Positions 9,103 to 20,696 are shown, counted from the whole stretch's first letter. The stretch: 62,486 bases of DNA, filler included, from a bacterium (GCA_043817485.1; 8 parts of 8 records of this genome joined end to end with filler, not necessarily neighbours in it), one strand, 5' to 3'. A program made the numbers and translations. The notes: a model not told the origin generated them from the sequence alone.

Positions 9103-12099
9103 ATGAAAAAAGTAATTTTATTTTTTTTAATTTTTTCAATGAATTTAATATTTGGAAATGAAGAAGAAGAAAAAATATATAGATTTGGATTAAGTGTTTT
9201 TAATGATGGTCTACATGAAATTGCAGAAGATCAATTTAATAAATACATTACTCAATATCCAAACGGTATTTATATTGAAAAAACTTTATATTTATATGCA
9301 GAATGTTTTTTTAAACAAAAACAATATAATAAAGCCATTACTGAATACAAAACATTTTTAAGCAAATTTCCTAAAAGTTCATATTGTAGTAGTATTGAAT
9401 TTCGACTTGGAGAAAGTTGGTTTAATTTAAAAAATTATATTCAAGCAATTTTAAATTATAATAAATTTCTTAAAGATTTTCCAAACCATGAATTAAAAGA
9501 TGCAGCATATTATTGGATTGGTGAATCGTATTTCCAAAAAAAAGAATATCAAAATTCTATTGATAATTTAAAAACTCTTATTAAAAATTTTCCTTCTTCC
9601 AAATATCTTTCTTATACTTATTATACTGTTGGACTTTCTTTTTTTAAATTACAAAAACATTCGGAATCCATTGATTTTTTTAATAAAGCACTTTCTTTAA
9701 ATCTTGAAAATTCAGTTGAATTACAAGTAAGGTATTATAAAGCACAAAGTTTATATAAACAAGGGCTTTATAACCAAGCATTAGCAGAATTTCAAAGAAT
9801 TGAGCAAAAATATAAAAAAATAAATTTTGGTGATGATATTCAATATTTCATTGCAGAATGTTTTTATAAATTAGATCAATTAGAAAATGCTATTCCTCAA
9901 TATCAAAAAGTAATTAATTTTTTCCCAAAAAGTAATTTATGTCTTTCTTCTCAATATTCAATAGCTTATGCTTATCTTTGTTTAAAAGATTATAAAAAAT
10001 CTGAACAAGAATTTAAAACTTTTCTTAAAAATTATCCAGAAGATTCTTTGATTCCTACTATACTTTGCCATATAGGAGAATGTTTGATTTATCAAAAAAG
10101 ATTTTCGGAATCTCGAGAAATTTATCAAAATGTTATAAACAAATTTCCTAAAAATAAAAAAATTCCAGTAGCTATATTTGGTTTAGGAAAAAGTTTTTTT
10201 GAAGAAAATAATTATGAAAAAACTACTTCTATATTAAATGAACTTATGCAAAAATATCCTCAAGCAGAATGGAAAGCATCATCTTTTCTTATGTTAGGAG
10301 ATATAGAATATAAAAAGAAAAATTATGAAAAAGCATTACAATTTTATAAAAAAATTACAGAAGAATATGTTTTAAGCGAAATAGCTGATGATGCTCTTTA
10401 TAAAATGGCAAATATATTTACTACTCAAGAAAAAAGACAAGAAGCGCAAAATACTTTTGAATTTTTAATTAAAAAATATCCAAATTCTTCTTTTATTCCA
10501 GAAGCACAATTTTATTTAGCAGAATCTTTATATACATCTAAAAAATATTCAGAAGCAATAATAGAATATAAAAAAGTAAAAGAAAAAAATAATTTAAAAG
10601 AAAAAGCTGATTATGGCATTGCTTGGTCATACTATAAAATGAAATCTTATGAAAATGCTATAAATTCTTTTAAAAATGTAATTCAAAATTATCCAAAAAA
10701 TTCTTTTATTCCAACATGTTATTATGTTATTGGAAATGGATATTTTTCTTTAAAAAATTATGATGATGCCATTAATTATTATAACAAACTTATTTCTTCT
10801 TTTTCTAAAAATAATCTTTGTAATAACGCTTTTTATTCTATTGGTGAATGTTTATATCAACAAGAGAAATTTCAAGAATGTATTACTGCAATGAAAAATT
10901 TTACACAAAAATATTCTAATAATGAATTAATCCCATCTGCTCAATTTTTAATTGGACAATGTTATTTTAGAATTAAATCTTTCACAGATGCAATTACTTC
11001 ATTTAATAATATAATTCAAAATTATCCAAAATCTTCTGTATCTATTCAATCTTATTTTAAAATAGGAGATTGTTTTTACAATCTTAAACAATATGAAGAA
11101 GCATTAGAAAAATATAAAGAAATTATTAAAATTGACCAAAAAGGAAATTTTGCTGACGATGCTGCATATAATATTGAGTGGTGTTATTATCAATTAGGTA
11201 AATATAATGAGGCTATTGATGCTTCCCAAACATTTGTTAAAAAATATCCAAATTCTGAGTTAGCAGATGATGTTCAATTTCGAATTGCTGAACATTTTTA
11301 TTCTCAAAGAAATTATGAACAAGCTATTAAAGAATATGAAAATTTAAAAAAAATGTATCCTCAAAGTAAATTTATTGCAGAATCTATATATTGGATAGGA
11401 CAAAGTTATGCAGAACTTTCAAAATTCGAAGAAGCTAGAAATACTTTTCAGCAAATTTTTACTTATTATAAAGAAAACAAAACTCTTTGTTCTGATACTG
11501 GATTAAAAATAGGAGATACTTTTTACAAAGAAAAAAAATATGATAATGCTATAAAAGAATATGAAAAAGTTGTAGAAAATTATTCTGATGAAGAAGCATC
11601 TTCCAATGCTCAATATAATATTGGTTTATGTTTTAAAGAATTAAAACAATATGATAAAGCTATTTCTTCTTTTAAATGTTTAACAACAAAACAATCTAAT
11701 CAAAAAATAGCAATAGATGCTTGGATGGCTATGGGGTCTACTTATAAAGATAAAAAAGACATTCCTAACACTATTAATTCTTATAAAAAAGCATGTGAAT
11801 TTTCATCTAAAAGCGAAAGTAGTGCTGAATCTCAATATTGGTTAGCAGATACTTATGAATTTGATGGACAATATAAACAAGCAATTACAGAGTATTTAAA
11901 AGTATCTTATTTATATCCACAATATAGAATGTGGGCTGTAACTGCAGAATATAGAGCAGCTGAATGTTATGAAAAACTTAAAATGTGGAATGAATCTTTG
12001 AAAATTTATAAAAAAATTGTAAATAATTCAGGAAATGAAGAAAGTTGGAAAGAAGCTTGTAGAAAAAAAATAGAAAAATTAGAAAAAGTAAAGGACTAA
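9103..12099 (+). CDS. Large periplasmic TPR protein (CpoB/BamD-like repeats)
   Basis: Many A.y.lGe.yf..k.Y..Ai..y..li..yP.S repeats; signal peptide. Confidence 0.9.
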   Translation: MKKVILFFLIFSMNLIFGNEEEEKIYRFGLSVFNDGLHEIAEDQFNKYITQYPNGIYIEKTLYLYAECFFKQKQYNKAITEYKTFLSKFPKSSYCSSIEFRLGESWFNLKNYIQAILNYNKFLKDFPNHELKDAAYYWIGESYFQKKEYQNSIDNLKTLIKNFPSSKYLSYTYYTVGLSFFKLQKHSESIDFFNKALSLNLENSVELQVRYYKAQSLYKQGLYNQALAEFQRIEQKYKKINFGDDIQYFIAECFYKLDQLENAIPQYQKVINFFPKSNLCLSSQYSIAYAYLCLKDYKKSEQEFKTFLKNYPEDSLIPTILCHIGECLIYQKRFSESREIYQNVINKFPKNKKIPVAIFGLGKSFFEENNYEKTTSILNELMQKYPQAEWKASSFLMLGDIEYKKKNYEKALQFYKKITEEYVLSEIADDALYKMANIFTTQEKRQEAQNTFEFLIKKYPNSSFIPEAQFYLAESLYTSKKYSEAIIEYKKVKEKNNLKEKADYGIAWSYYKMKSYENAINSFKNVIQNYPKNSFIPTCYYVIGNGYFSLKNYDDAINYYNKLISSFSKNNLCNNAFYSIGECLYQQEKFQECITAMKNFTQKYSNNELIPSAQFLIGQCYFRIKSFTDAITSFNNIIQNYPKSSVSIQSYFKIGDCFYNLKQYEEALEKYKEIIKIDQKGNFADDAAYNIEWCYYQLGKYNEAIDASQTFVKKYPNSELADDVQFRIAEHFYSQRNYEQAIKEYENLKKMYPQSKFIAESIYWIGQSYAELSKFEEARNTFQQIFTYYKENKTLCSDTGLKIGDTFYKEKKYDNAIKEYEKVVENYSDEEASSNAQYNIGLCFKELKQYDKAISSFKCLTTKQSNQKIAIDAWMAMGSTYKDKKDIPNTINSYKKACEFSSKSESSAESQYWLADTYEFDGQYKQAITEYLKVSYLYPQYRMWAVTAEYRAAECYEKLKMWNESLKIYKKIVNNSGNEESWKEACRKKIEKLEKVKD

Positions 12100-12100
12100 A

Positions 12101-13669
12101 TTGAATATTTTTATTTTTATATTATTTATTTTTTTAAATAGTTTTATTTATGCTGATAATAATATTATTGAAAGTGAACAAGAAAAGCCAAATTTTGAAT
12201 TACCAGAAATAGTTATTTCTGGAGAATATACCCCAAAACCTTTTAATATAAATAAAAAAATCTTTACACAAGACATTAATAAAGAACTTCCAATTGAATT
12301 TTCTATAAAAGATTATGAAATAGAATCTTTAGAAATGGAAAAACAAATGCCTTTATTAAATGATCTTCTTTTTCGACATAATTTTTTTATAAATAAAACT
12401 TCTTATGGAAGTTTTAATACATTTTCTACTTATTCAATGTATGGACAAGAAAGAAAAACATACAATGGGATTATTGATTTAGATTTCGAAAAAAGTAGTG
12501 GATATATGACTCAAGATGAATGTAAAAATCTTTTTAAAAATAGAGGATTTGAAAAAATACAAACTGAAATAAGTTTTTTTTCTAAATCTAATGTAACATT
12601 TTGTTTAAATTTAATGGGATTTAGTAAAAAATTAAAAGAACCTTCTATCATAGACTCTAAAATTAAAAAAATTCAAGCAAAAATTAATGGCTTTGTTTAT
12701 TTTGGAAAAGAAAAAAACTTTTGTTTATCTTTTACTAATATCAAAAGTAATTTTGATAAGTTAAATTATTCTACAGAAAATACGAATTTTAATTTTGGAT
12801 TAAATTGTAATTTTACCCAAAAAGATATTTTATATAAAATAGAAACAAATTTTTTAATTGATTCTACTGAAAAAGAAAAAGAAATTTATAATAAAAATTT
12901 TTCAAATGCTTTTTTGAAAATTATTTTTCCTCCTATTGCAGAAAAAATGGGCTTAAATTTAGGGCTAAAATTTTTCATAACAAAAAAATCCATTTTGTTT
13001 CCTTATATAAGAATATCTTATGTTCTTTTTAAAAATACTCTTTTAGAATTAGAAAAAGATGGAATTGTAAATGTACCATTTTTTAATAATTTGTATTTTA
13101 AAAATGATTATGTTGAACCAAATTTTAGAATTAACTCAGAAAATAATAATTGGTTAAAATTTCAAATAAAACAAGAAATTAAAAATAATATAATTGCTAT
13201 TTCTGGATTACAACTTTCTCATATAAATAATTTTATAATTTGGGAAGACGTAAATAAAAACTTTTTATTTGAACCATATAATAAAGATTATATCATCAAA
13301 ACCCAACTTTATTTTAAATTAAAAATTATAATTAAAGAAAATTTAGATCAATCTTTAGAATATATTTATGAAAAAGCAAATTCAATCTTACCTTTTTCTC
13401 CTAAACATAAATTAGAAGCCAAATTAAATTATGATGGAAGTAAAATTAATTGGAACATAGAAAGTAAATATGTAGGAGAACAAAAAAATTCATCTACAAC
13501 TCTTCCATTTTACTTTGTGATAAATAATAAAATTCAAAAAAAGATATTTTCTAAATTATCAATATTTTTAAATGGTGAAAATTTATTAAATAATAAAAAC
13601 TTTATAGATGAATTTGGTTTTTCAAAAAAAGGAATTAATTTTAAAATAGGTGCAGAATATAAATTTTAA
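12101..13669 (+). CDS. Putative outer-membrane beta-barrel (TonB-dependent receptor-like) protein
   Basis: Signal peptide, ELPEIVISG box, GENLLN motif and terminal GAEYKF; follows the TPR gene. Confidence 0.6.
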   Translation: MNIFIFILFIFLNSFIYADNNIIESEQEKPNFELPEIVISGEYTPKPFNINKKIFTQDINKELPIEFSIKDYEIESLEMEKQMPLLNDLLFRHNFFINKTSYGSFNTFSTYSMYGQERKTYNGIIDLDFEKSSGYMTQDECKNLFKNRGFEKIQTEISFFSKSNVTFCLNLMGFSKKLKEPSIIDSKIKKIQAKINGFVYFGKEKNFCLSFTNIKSNFDKLNYSTENTNFNFGLNCNFTQKDILYKIETNFLIDSTEKEKEIYNKNFSNAFLKIIFPPIAEKMGLNLGLKFFITKKSILFPYIRISYVLFKNTLLELEKDGIVNVPFFNNLYFKNDYVEPNFRINSENNNWLKFQIKQEIKNNIIAISGLQLSHINNFIIWEDVNKNFLFEPYNKDYIIKTQLYFKLKIIIKENLDQSLEYIYEKANSILPFSPKHKLEAKLNYDGSKINWNIESKYVGEQKNSSTTLPFYFVINNKIQKKIFSKLSIFLNGENLLNNKNFIDEFGFSKKGINFKIGAEYKF

Positions 13670-13736
13670 TGAAAAAAAAATAAAAAATTATGTTTTTAAA
13701 TTATTATCTTATCGTTCTTATACAATTTTTGAATTA

Positions 13737-13836
13737 NNNNNNNNNNNNNNNNNNNNNNNNNNNNNNNNNNNNNNNNNNNNTTAATTAATTAANNNNNNNN
13801 NNNNNNNNNNNNNNNNNNNNNNNNNNNNNNNNNNNN
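13737..13836. other. Artificial contig linker N44-TTAATTAATTAA-N44 (also at 21482-21581, 45355-45454, 48726-48825, 53879-53978, 57429-57528, 60188-60287)
   Basis: Identical six-frame stop spacer flanked by N runs. Confidence 0.99.
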
Positions 13837-13976
13837 AAATTTCTATTTTAAAATTGTTAATTTTACTAAATATGAAAATATTAAATTTTGTTTATTTTTT
13901 AAAAAAATCTCCTGAAAAATTAAATAAATTTCCTGTTTTTTTTATCATATTCTTTCATATTATTTTTGACAATACC
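13837..13976 (-). mobile_element. Other end of the IS-like insertion in the DUF4160 gene, running into the contig edge
   Basis: Minus strand reads ...GATATTCCT|GGTATTGTCAAAAATA, the inverted partner of 127-138. Confidence 0.65.
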
Positions 13977-14120
13977 AGGAATATCCCCTTCAATCATATT
14001 CAAGGTTTCAATTTCAAAAACTCCGTTGTATTCTCCATAAATGGCATGAAAGTGGGGAATTCCATGTTCTTTAAAGTACATTTTAATAAGAATACCGTAA
14101 AATTTTGCTATTATCGGCAT
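13977..14120 (-). pseudogene. 5' half of the DUF4160-family gene
   Basis: MPIIAKFYGILIKMYFKEHGIPHFHAIYGEYNGVFEIETLNMIEGDIP with the EH.PPHFH-like motif; homology stops at GATATTCCT. Confidence 0.85.
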
Positions 14121-14458
14121 TTGATTTCTCCTTGTTTATCATCTAAAATTGTTGTCATTTACTAAAAAATATGTGATAAAAACCAGAATTCAAGTGCTTA
14201 AAAATTCAAAAAAAAATCATTTATTTTCATTGTCCTCTTGAATTCTTTTTTCTAACTTCTTAATTGAATTTTAGATTTTGGTTTTCTTCTCAATCTAAAA
14301 TCTGCAATTTAAAATATTTCTTTATAGAATTTCTTTTTTTTTGCTTTATTTATAAAATCATTTTCTAAAATTAATTTTTTATTTCCACTTTTCTATTTCT
14401 TCTCGTGTTTGTTTTTTATTGTTTCCCATTTTCTTTGTCAAGTTTTTATTTTTATTTG

Positions 14459-14578
14459 TGTGGTTACTAAATCAAAATGTTAATTCCATATAAAAGAAAG
14501 TTATTATAAATGAAATACTATGAAAAATATAAAAAAATATGAAGTATTCAAGGAGGCGATAGAGAATGATGAACATTG
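14459..14578 (+). mobile_element. ISNCY/IS1202-like left end with degenerate transposase N-terminus
   Basis: TGTGGTTACTAAATCAAAATGTTAA end, then MKNIKKYEVFKEAIEN (from 14520), resembling ISNCY transposase starts. Confidence 0.55.
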
Positions 14579-14622
14579 AAAAAAAGGCGGTATTTTTTGA
14601 TTAAAATTTTAACTGGAAAAAA

Positions 14623-14711
14623 TGGCGGAGAGAGTGGGATTCGAACCCACGTGAAGTTTCCCCCAACTCGCTCTCCAGGCGAGCCCGTTACAGCCACTTC
14701 GGTATCTCTCC
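14623..14711 (-). tRNA. tRNA-Ser(GGA)
   Basis: Anticodon arm CTCGC-CTGGAGA-GCGAG, long variable arm, GGTTCGAATCC, encoded CCA. Confidence 0.95.
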
Positions 14712-14740
14712 ATTTAAAATTATTTTTTTTGAAAATTAAC

Positions 14741-14831
14741 TGGCGGAGAGAGAGGGATTTGAACCCCCGTTTCCAATAAAGGAAATCACGATTTCGAGTC
14801 GTGCGCTTTCAGCCAGCTCAGCCATCTCTCC
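14741..14831 (-). tRNA. tRNA-Ser(CGA)
   Basis: Anticodon arm CACGA-CTCGAAA-TCGTG, long variable arm, encoded CCA. Confidence 0.95.
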
Positions 14832-14833
14832 AA

Positions 14834-15784
14834 TTATTTTTCTTTTATTAATCCTTTTAAATCCATAATTGTAGATTGATCGCTTACGATAACAGAAATT
14901 TTATCACTTAATTTTTCTACATAAAGATATTTAATATAATTTGGATTGTTTCTTAATGCTTCATTAATAATATTAATTGATTTTTTTTTTCCTTCTGCTT
15001 CAATTACTTTTCTTTCAGCTTCTTTTCTCTCTTTTTCTATTAAAAAATCCATTTTTTTAGCTTCTTGTTGAGCTACTTGTTTTTCTTCAATTGATTTAGC
15101 AAAATCAGCTGTAAACAAAACATCTCTTAAAATAACATCATCAACAATAAAGCCATTTTTTTCTAATTTAATTTTTATTCTTTTATTTATTTCATCTTGA
15201 ACATTGCTTCTTTTTTCTGAATAAATATCCATTACTTCATATTCAGAAATTACTAATCTTACAATTGATCTAATAGTTGGTCTAATAATTTTTTCTTCAA
15301 AATCAGGACCAATTTCATTATGAATTTTTGTTATTTTTTTCGGATTTAATCTATACCAACAAGTTAAATCAATTCCTATTTGTAAGCCCTCTTTAGTTGG
15401 AGACCATAAACTATCATCCCAATTTGTTTTTTTTCCTTCTCCTATTTTTCCACTCATTGTATATTCTTGCATTCTCACATCATACATTTTTGTAACTATT
15501 ACTCCTGGCATTACAAAATTTATTCCTTGTCCTACACTAAAAATATTTTTAGTAATATTATTAAATACCACTAATCTATGACCTACGGGAATAATTCTAA
15601 TGCTCGAAAGAAAAAAAATAATTATAAAAACAATTATTGCAATAAAAACTATTTTCATTTTAGATAAATTTGAAGAAATATCAATAACTTTTCCAAATTT
15701 GTCTGATTTTTTTAATAAACTTATTTTTTGAATATAATAAATTATTAAACTTACAACAACTAAAAATAATATAAATTTTTCCAT
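14834..15784 (-). CDS. SPFH/prohibitin (band 7) family protein
   Basis: N-terminal TMs, IIRPTIRS, DDVILRDV, FAKSIEEKQVAQQEA. Confidence 0.9.
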   Translation of the reverse strand: MEKFILFLVVVSLIIYYIQKISLLKKSDKFGKVIDISSNLSKMKIVFIAIIVFIIIFFLSSIRIIPVGHRLVVFNNITKNIFSVGQGINFVMPGVIVTKMYDVRMQEYTMSGKIGEGKKTNWDDSLWSPTKEGLQIGIDLTCWYRLNPKKITKIHNEIGPDFEEKIIRPTIRSIVRLVISEYEVMDIYSEKRSNVQDEINKRIKIKLEKNGFIVDDVILRDVLFTADFAKSIEEKQVAQQEAKKMDFLIEKERKEAERKVIEAEGKKKSINIINEALRNNPNYIKYLYVEKLSDKISVIVSDQSTIMDLKGLIKEK

Positions 15785-15786
15785 AC

Positions 15787-16248
15787 TTATTTCTCCTTTT
15801 TCCTTTGTTTCAGAAAAAATTGCTTTAATAATTTTTGAGAATCTTCTTTTAAAATACCTTTAATGATTTTCAAAGAAGCACTTTTAATATGATAATCTAC
15901 TTCATAAGTACCTTTTTTTTCATTATTTGTTCCATAAACAAGAATTGGAATACGAGATAAAAATAATGCTCCTAAACACATAAGACAGGGCTCAACAGTT
16001 GTATAAAGAATAGTATTATTTAATCGCCAATTTTTTAAATAAGATGCAGCACTTGTAATAGCAATCATTTCTGCGTGGGCTGTTGAATCTTGCAAATTTT
16101 CTACTTGATTATATCCTCTTCCAATTATTTTATTTTCTTGAACTACTACAGCACCTATTGGAACTTCATTTTTTTCATAAGCTTTATAAGCTTCTTTTAA
16201 AGCTTCATACATAAATTTTTCATATTCATACACAAAATTATACCTCAT
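15787..16248 (-). CDS. tadA: tRNA adenosine(34) deaminase
   Basis: EVPIGAVVV, TAHAE, EPCLMC. Confidence 0.92.
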   Translation of the reverse strand: MRYNFVYEYEKFMYEALKEAYKAYEKNEVPIGAVVVQENKIIGRGYNQVENLQDSTAHAEMIAITSAASYLKNWRLNNTILYTTVEPCLMCLGALFLSRIPILVYGTNNEKKGTYEVDYHIKSASLKIIKGILKEDSQKLLKQFFLKQRKKEK

Positions 16249-16257
16249 TTTAATAAA

Positions 16258-16349
16258 TGGCGGAGAGACTGGGATTTGAACCCAGGGAGAGAAATTAATC
16301 CCTCAACTGCTTAGCAGGCAGCTGCCTTAAGCCACTCGGCCATCTCTCC
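16258..16349 (-). tRNA. tRNA-Ser(GCT)
   Basis: Anticodon arm GCTGC-CTGCTAA-GCAGT, long variable arm, encoded CCA. Confidence 0.95.
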
Positions 16350-16418
16350 ATTTAAAATCAATTTTTAATTGAAATTTTTATTTCTTGCTTATCCATATCT
16401 ATAAAAATTGAAAAAAAC

Positions 16419-16504
16419 TGGCGGAGAGCGAGGGACTTGAACCCCCAAGCCCTTTAGGGGCGCCTGATTTCAAGTCAGGTTCCTTACCATTAGGATAGCT
16501 CTCC
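16419..16504 (-). tRNA. tRNA-Ser(TGA)
   Basis: Anticodon arm CCTGA-CTTGAAA-TCAGG, long variable arm, discriminator G, encoded CCA. Confidence 0.95.
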
Positions 16505-16529
16505 CTTATGTCCTATAATAAAGAAAAAA

Positions 16530-16733
16530 CGAATATCGAAATTCGAAACAAATTCGAATGACAGAAATACATTGTAAATGGAAGTCAGAATAAAAAAAAC
16601 TACCTAAATACATAAAAAAAAATCGAAATCCAAATGATCAAAATTCTAAATTCAAAACAACATAATAAAAACATTTGATATTTGTATTTTAATTTTGGTA
16701 GTTTGCAATATTTTATTTTAATTGCAACTTGGA
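16530..16733. repeat. Degenerate heptamer-repeat element (CGAAAT-like units), ending in a MITE-like terminus
   Basis: CGAATATCGAAATTCGAAACAAATTCGAATGACA shared with 53395-53428 (1 mismatch); ends TTGCAACTTGGA. Confidence 0.6.
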
Positions 16734-16741
16734 ATCAACAC

Positions 16742-16817
16742 TGGTGGGCGATACTGGATTTGAACCAATGACTTCCACCTTGTGAAGATGGCACTCTAAC
16801 CACTGAGTTAATCGCCC
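16742..16817 (-). tRNA. tRNA-Val(CAC)
   Basis: GGGCGATTAACTCAG..., anticodon arm CCATC-TTCACAA-GGTGG, encoded CCA. Confidence 0.93.
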
Positions 16818-16828
16818 AATAAAAAAAT

Positions 16829-16904
16829 TGGTGGGCCCACCTGGATTCGAACCAGGGACCGACCGGTTATGAGCCGGTGGCTCTGCCAACTGAGCTATAG
16901 GCCC
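16829..16904 (-). tRNA. tRNA with CAT anticodon, most likely tRNA-Ile2 (lysidine)
   Basis: GGGCCTATAGCTCAG..., ACCGG-CTCATAA-CCGGT; G1-C72 pair excludes initiator; located right after rpoD. Confidence 0.9.
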
Positions 16905-16908
16905 TAAA

Positions 16909-18693
16909 TTATTCTAAAAAACATTTTAATCTTTCGTTTCTTGATGGATGCGAAAGTTTTGTAAAAGCTTTAGATTCAATTTGTCTAATTCTTTCTCTTG
17001 TTACATTAAACATATATCCAATTTCTTCAAGCGTTCGAGGTAATCCATCTTCAATTCCAAATCTTAATTTAATTATCTTCTCTTCTTTGTTACTTAAAGT
17101 ACTTATAACTTTCAACAACTCTTGCCTAAATAATTTAGAAGTAGTTTCTTTAACTGGTGAAAAAGCAGATTTATCTTCAATAAAATCACCTAAATGAGAT
17201 TCATTATCTTCTCCAATAGGAACTTCTAAAGAAATTGCTAATTGAGAAACTTCTAAAATAGAAATTACTTTTTCTACGGGAATAGACAATTCTTTAGATA
17301 TTTCTTCTACTTTTGGTTCATAACCAAATTTTTGCAAAAGTTTTCTTGAAGTTCTTATAATTTTATTTATTAATTCATTCATATGAACTGGAATTCTAAT
17401 TATTCTTGATTGCTCACCAATTGCTCTTGCAATTGATTGTCTAATCCACCATGTAGCATAAGTACTAAATTTATAACCCCTTTTATATTCAAATTTATCA
17501 GATGCTTTTATTAAACCAATATTCCCTTCTTGAATTAAATCCAAAAATTCTAAACCCCTATTCATATATTTTTTGGAAAGACTGATTACTAATCGCATAT
17601 TAGATTTTACTAATTTCATTTTTAATTCATGTATTTTTTCCTCTGCTTGCTTTATTTCTTTTACAATATCTACAATTTCTAAAGCACTAAGTTTCATTTT
17701 TTTTTCCATTTCTTTTATACTATGGATATTACTTTTTATAGATTTATTTATTTTTTTAAATTTCTCTGAATCAATATTAAAATTATTTTTAGATGATTTT
17801 TTTTTTTCTTCATAAAGTATTTTTATTATTTCATCAATATCTTTTTCTTCAATTTTTTCTTTTTGTAAAATTAATTTATTTTCTTCTTGAAGTTCTTCTA
17901 TTTTTTTTCCTGTTTCTTTAAATATATCAACTATTTTTTTAATTTCATAATTATTCAAATTTAATTTCAAAAAAATATTAATAATTTTTTCTTTTTTAAA
18001 ATTAATAGTTTCTAATAACTTTTCATTTTCTTTTTCATTTATTTGACTATAATTTACTTTTTTACACAATTTATCAAGTTTTTCTTGTTCTAAAATTATT
18101 TTGTGTAATGTATTTTTTACTTTCTTTTTTAAAAAATTTTTTTCTTCACCAGTCCATATTCCTTCATAATCTAAATGTATAATATTTTCCACTTTTGTAT
18201 TTTTTTGTTTTATTATATCAGTTAAAAATTCTATTTCTTTTAAGGATATAACTGTTCCAAAAATCATTTTTTTTATTTTATTTTTATAATCATCAATTTT
18301 TTTTGCTATTTCAGTTTCAATTTCTTTTTCTAATGGCTTTAAGTTACTCATTTCTTTAAAATACATTTTAGAAAAATTATCAAATTCAACTTTTTTTTCT
18401 AATCTATCTTTTAAATCTTTTTCAATTTCTTCATTTTCATTATTGTTTAAAACATTATTTTCTTTTTCAATTTCTTTATTTTTGTTTTCATTTTTATTTT
18501 CAAAATCACCAACTTTAATACCCAATTTATCAAAATAAATAAAAATTTTATCCATTTCTTCGGCAGAAAATACTTCTTTTCCAACAAATTTATATATTTT
18601 TTGATAATCAATAAAACCTTTTTCTTTTCCAAGATTAATTAAAGGTTTTAATTTTCTTAAATCAATTTTATTTTCTATTTTTTCTTTAGACAT
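16909..18693 (-). CDS. rpoD: RNA polymerase primary sigma factor
   Basis: [43 protein letters not shown]; includes region 1.1 and non-essential domain. Confidence 0.95.
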   Translation of the reverse strand: MSKEKIENKIDLRKLKPLINLGKEKGFIDYQKIYKFVGKEVFSAEEMDKIFIYFDKLGIKVGDFENKNENKNKEIEKENNVLNNNENEEIEKDLKDRLEKKVEFDNFSKMYFKEMSNLKPLEKEIETEIAKKIDDYKNKIKKMIFGTVISLKEIEFLTDIIKQKNTKVENIIHLDYEGIWTGEEKNFLKKKVKNTLHKIILEQEKLDKLCKKVNYSQINEKENEKLLETINFKKEKIINIFLKLNLNNYEIKKIVDIFKETGKKIEELQEENKLILQKEKIEEKDIDEIIKILYEEKKKSSKNNFNIDSEKFKKINKSIKSNIHSIKEMEKKMKLSALEIVDIVKEIKQAEEKIHELKMKLVKSNMRLVISLSKKYMNRGLEFLDLIQEGNIGLIKASDKFEYKRGYKFSTYATWWIRQSIARAIGEQSRIIRIPVHMNELINKIIRTSRKLLQKFGYEPKVEEISKELSIPVEKVISILEVSQLAISLEVPIGEDNESHLGDFIEDKSAFSPVKETTSKLFRQELLKVISTLSNKEEKIIKLRFGIEDGLPRTLEEIGYMFNVTRERIRQIESKAFTKLSHPSRNERLKCFLE

Positions 18694-18776
18694 ATTTCTT
18701 TCAATTATTAATTTTTTACAAAAAACTTAATTTTATAAAAATAACAATTTATTTAACAAAAAAAATTTTTATAAAT

Positions 18777-20696
18777 TTATTCTTTTACTTCTTTATAATC
18801 TGCATCTATTACATCATCATTATTTTTTTTTGATTCATCCTTTTTATCTTCATTTTCATTAGAATTTTGAGATTCTGTTTGTTCAGAAGTTTGTTGTTGG
18901 GTTTTTGAATATATTGCTTCAGCCAATTTATGAGATACTTGTGTAAGTTTTTCCAATCCTTTTTGAATTTTTTCTATTTCATTAGTTTCCATATCTTTTT
19001 TTAAATCATTCATTGCTTCTTCAATATTTTTTCTTTCTACTTCATCTACCTTATCTCCATATTCTTTTAAGCCCTTTTCCATAGAATAAACTAAAGCATC
19101 TGCTTGATTTTTAATATCAATTAATTCTCTTTTCTTTTTATCTTCTTCAGAATGAGATTCTGCTTCTTTTACTAATTTTTCAACTTCTTCTTTATTTAAA
19201 CCACCAGAAGGTTGAATTCTAATTTTTTGTTCTTTTCCTGTACCTAAATCTTTAGCAGATACATGAACAATTCCATTTGCATCAATATCAAATGTTACTT
19301 CTATTTGAGGAATACCTCTTGGAGCTGGAAGAATGCCTATTAAATCAAATCTTCCTAATGTTCTATTATCCATAGCCATTTCTCTTTCTCCTTGAAGTAC
19401 ATGAATAGTAACTGCAGTTTGACTATCTGCTGCTGTAGAAAAAACTTGAGATTTTTTAGTAGGAATAGTAGTATTTCTTTCAATTAATTTAGTGAATACT
19501 GATCCCAATGTTTCAATTCCTAAAGAAAGAGGAGTTACATCTAACAAAAGTACATCTTTAACAGTACCAGATAAAACACCACCCTGAATAGCAGCACCAA
19601 TAGCAACTACTTCATCTGGATTAACTCCTTTATGAGGTTCTTTTTCAAACAAGTCTTTAACTATTTGTTGAACTTTTGGCATTCGAGTCATTCCACCAAC
19701 TAATACAACTTCATCTATTTCTTTTGCTGTTAATCCAGCATCTTTTAATGCTTTTTTACAAGGTTCTATAGTTCTTTCTACAAGATGATTAGTAATTTGT
19801 TCTAATTTAGCACGAGTTAAAGTAATATTAAGATGTTTTGGACCTTCTTGTGTTGCAGTAATAAAAGGTAAATTGATTTCAGTTTGTCCAGTTGTAGAAA
19901 GTTCACATTTAGATTTTTCTGCTGCTTCTATTAATCTTTGTAAAGACATTTTATCTTTTTTTAAATCTATTCCTTCTTGTTTTTTAAATTCATCTACTAT
20001 CCAATTCATAATTACTTGATCAAAATCATCTCCACCTAAATGAGTATCTCCATTAGTAGATTTTACTTCAAAAACTCCATCACCTATTTCTAAAATAGAA
20101 ATATCAAAAGTTCCTCCACCAAGATCATATACAGCAATTTTTTCATTTTTTTTCTTATCAAGTCCATAAGCCAATGCTGCTGCTGTTGGTTCATTTATTA
20201 TTCGAAGCACTTCTAATCCAGCAATAGTTCCAGCATCTTTAGTTGCTTGTCTTTGACTATCATTAAAATATGCAGGTGTTGTAATTACAGCTTGTGTAAC
20301 TTTTTCTCCCAAATAATCTTCAGCAGTTTGTTTTAATTTTTGTAATATCATTGCTGAAATTTCTGGAGGAGTATATTCTTTATCTTGTATTTTTACTTTA
20401 ATTTCACCAGCAGATCCTTTTATTATTTTATAAGGAATTATTTTCATTTCTTCTGTCACTTCATCATAATGTCTACCCATAAATCTTTTTATAGAAAATA
20501 TTGTATTTTCTGAATTAGTAATAGATTGTCTTTTTGCTATTTGTCCAACTAATCTTTCATTTTTTTTAGTATAAGCAACTATAGATGGAGTTAATCGAGA
20601 CCCTTCGGCATTAGCAATTACTACTGGTTCTCCACCCTCCATAATAGATACTACTGAATTAGTAGTTCCTAAATCAATACCAATTACTTTTGACAT
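18777..20696 (-). CDS. dnaK: Chaperone DnaK
   Basis: [30 protein letters not shown]. Confidence 0.98.
   Translation of the reverse strand: MSKVIGIDLGTTNSVVSIMEGGEPVVIANAEGSRLTPSIVAYTKKNERLVGQIAKRQSITNSENTIFSIKRFMGRHYDEVTEEMKIIPYKIIKGSAGEIKVKIQDKEYTPPEISAMILQKLKQTAEDYLGEKVTQAVITTPAYFNDSQRQATKDAGTIAGLEVLRIINEPTAAALAYGLDKKKNEKIAVYDLGGGTFDISILEIGDGVFEVKSTNGDTHLGGDDFDQVIMNWIVDEFKKQEGIDLKKDKMSLQRLIEAAEKSKCELSTTGQTEINLPFITATQEGPKHLNITLTRAKLEQITNHLVERTIEPCKKALKDAGLTAKEIDEVVLVGGMTRMPKVQQIVKDLFEKEPHKGVNPDEVVAIGAAIQGGVLSGTVKDVLLLDVTPLSLGIETLGSVFTKLIERNTTIPTKKSQVFSTAADSQTAVTIHVLQGEREMAMDNRTLGRFDLIGILPAPRGIPQIEVTFDIDANGIVHVSAKDLGTGKEQKIRIQPSGGLNKEEVEKLVKEAESHSEEDKKKRELIDIKNQADALVYSMEKGLKEYGDKVDEVERKNIEEAMNDLKKDMETNEIEKIQKGLEKLTQVSHKLAEAIYSKTQQQTSEQTESQNSNENEDKKDESKKNNDDVIDADYKEVKE

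Noticed and set aside
13920-13976. C-terminal GIVKNNMKEYDKKNRKFI of the 66-aa ORF
   Set aside because: Read-through into the inserted element, not part of DUF4160.
14576-14779. 67-aa ORF
   Set aside because: Antisense shadow of two tRNA-Ser genes.
16419-16504. tRNA with anticodon TGA as a possible Sec or suppressor tRNA
   Set aside because: Anticodon 5'-TGA-3' reads UCA (Ser); Sec would need TCA.
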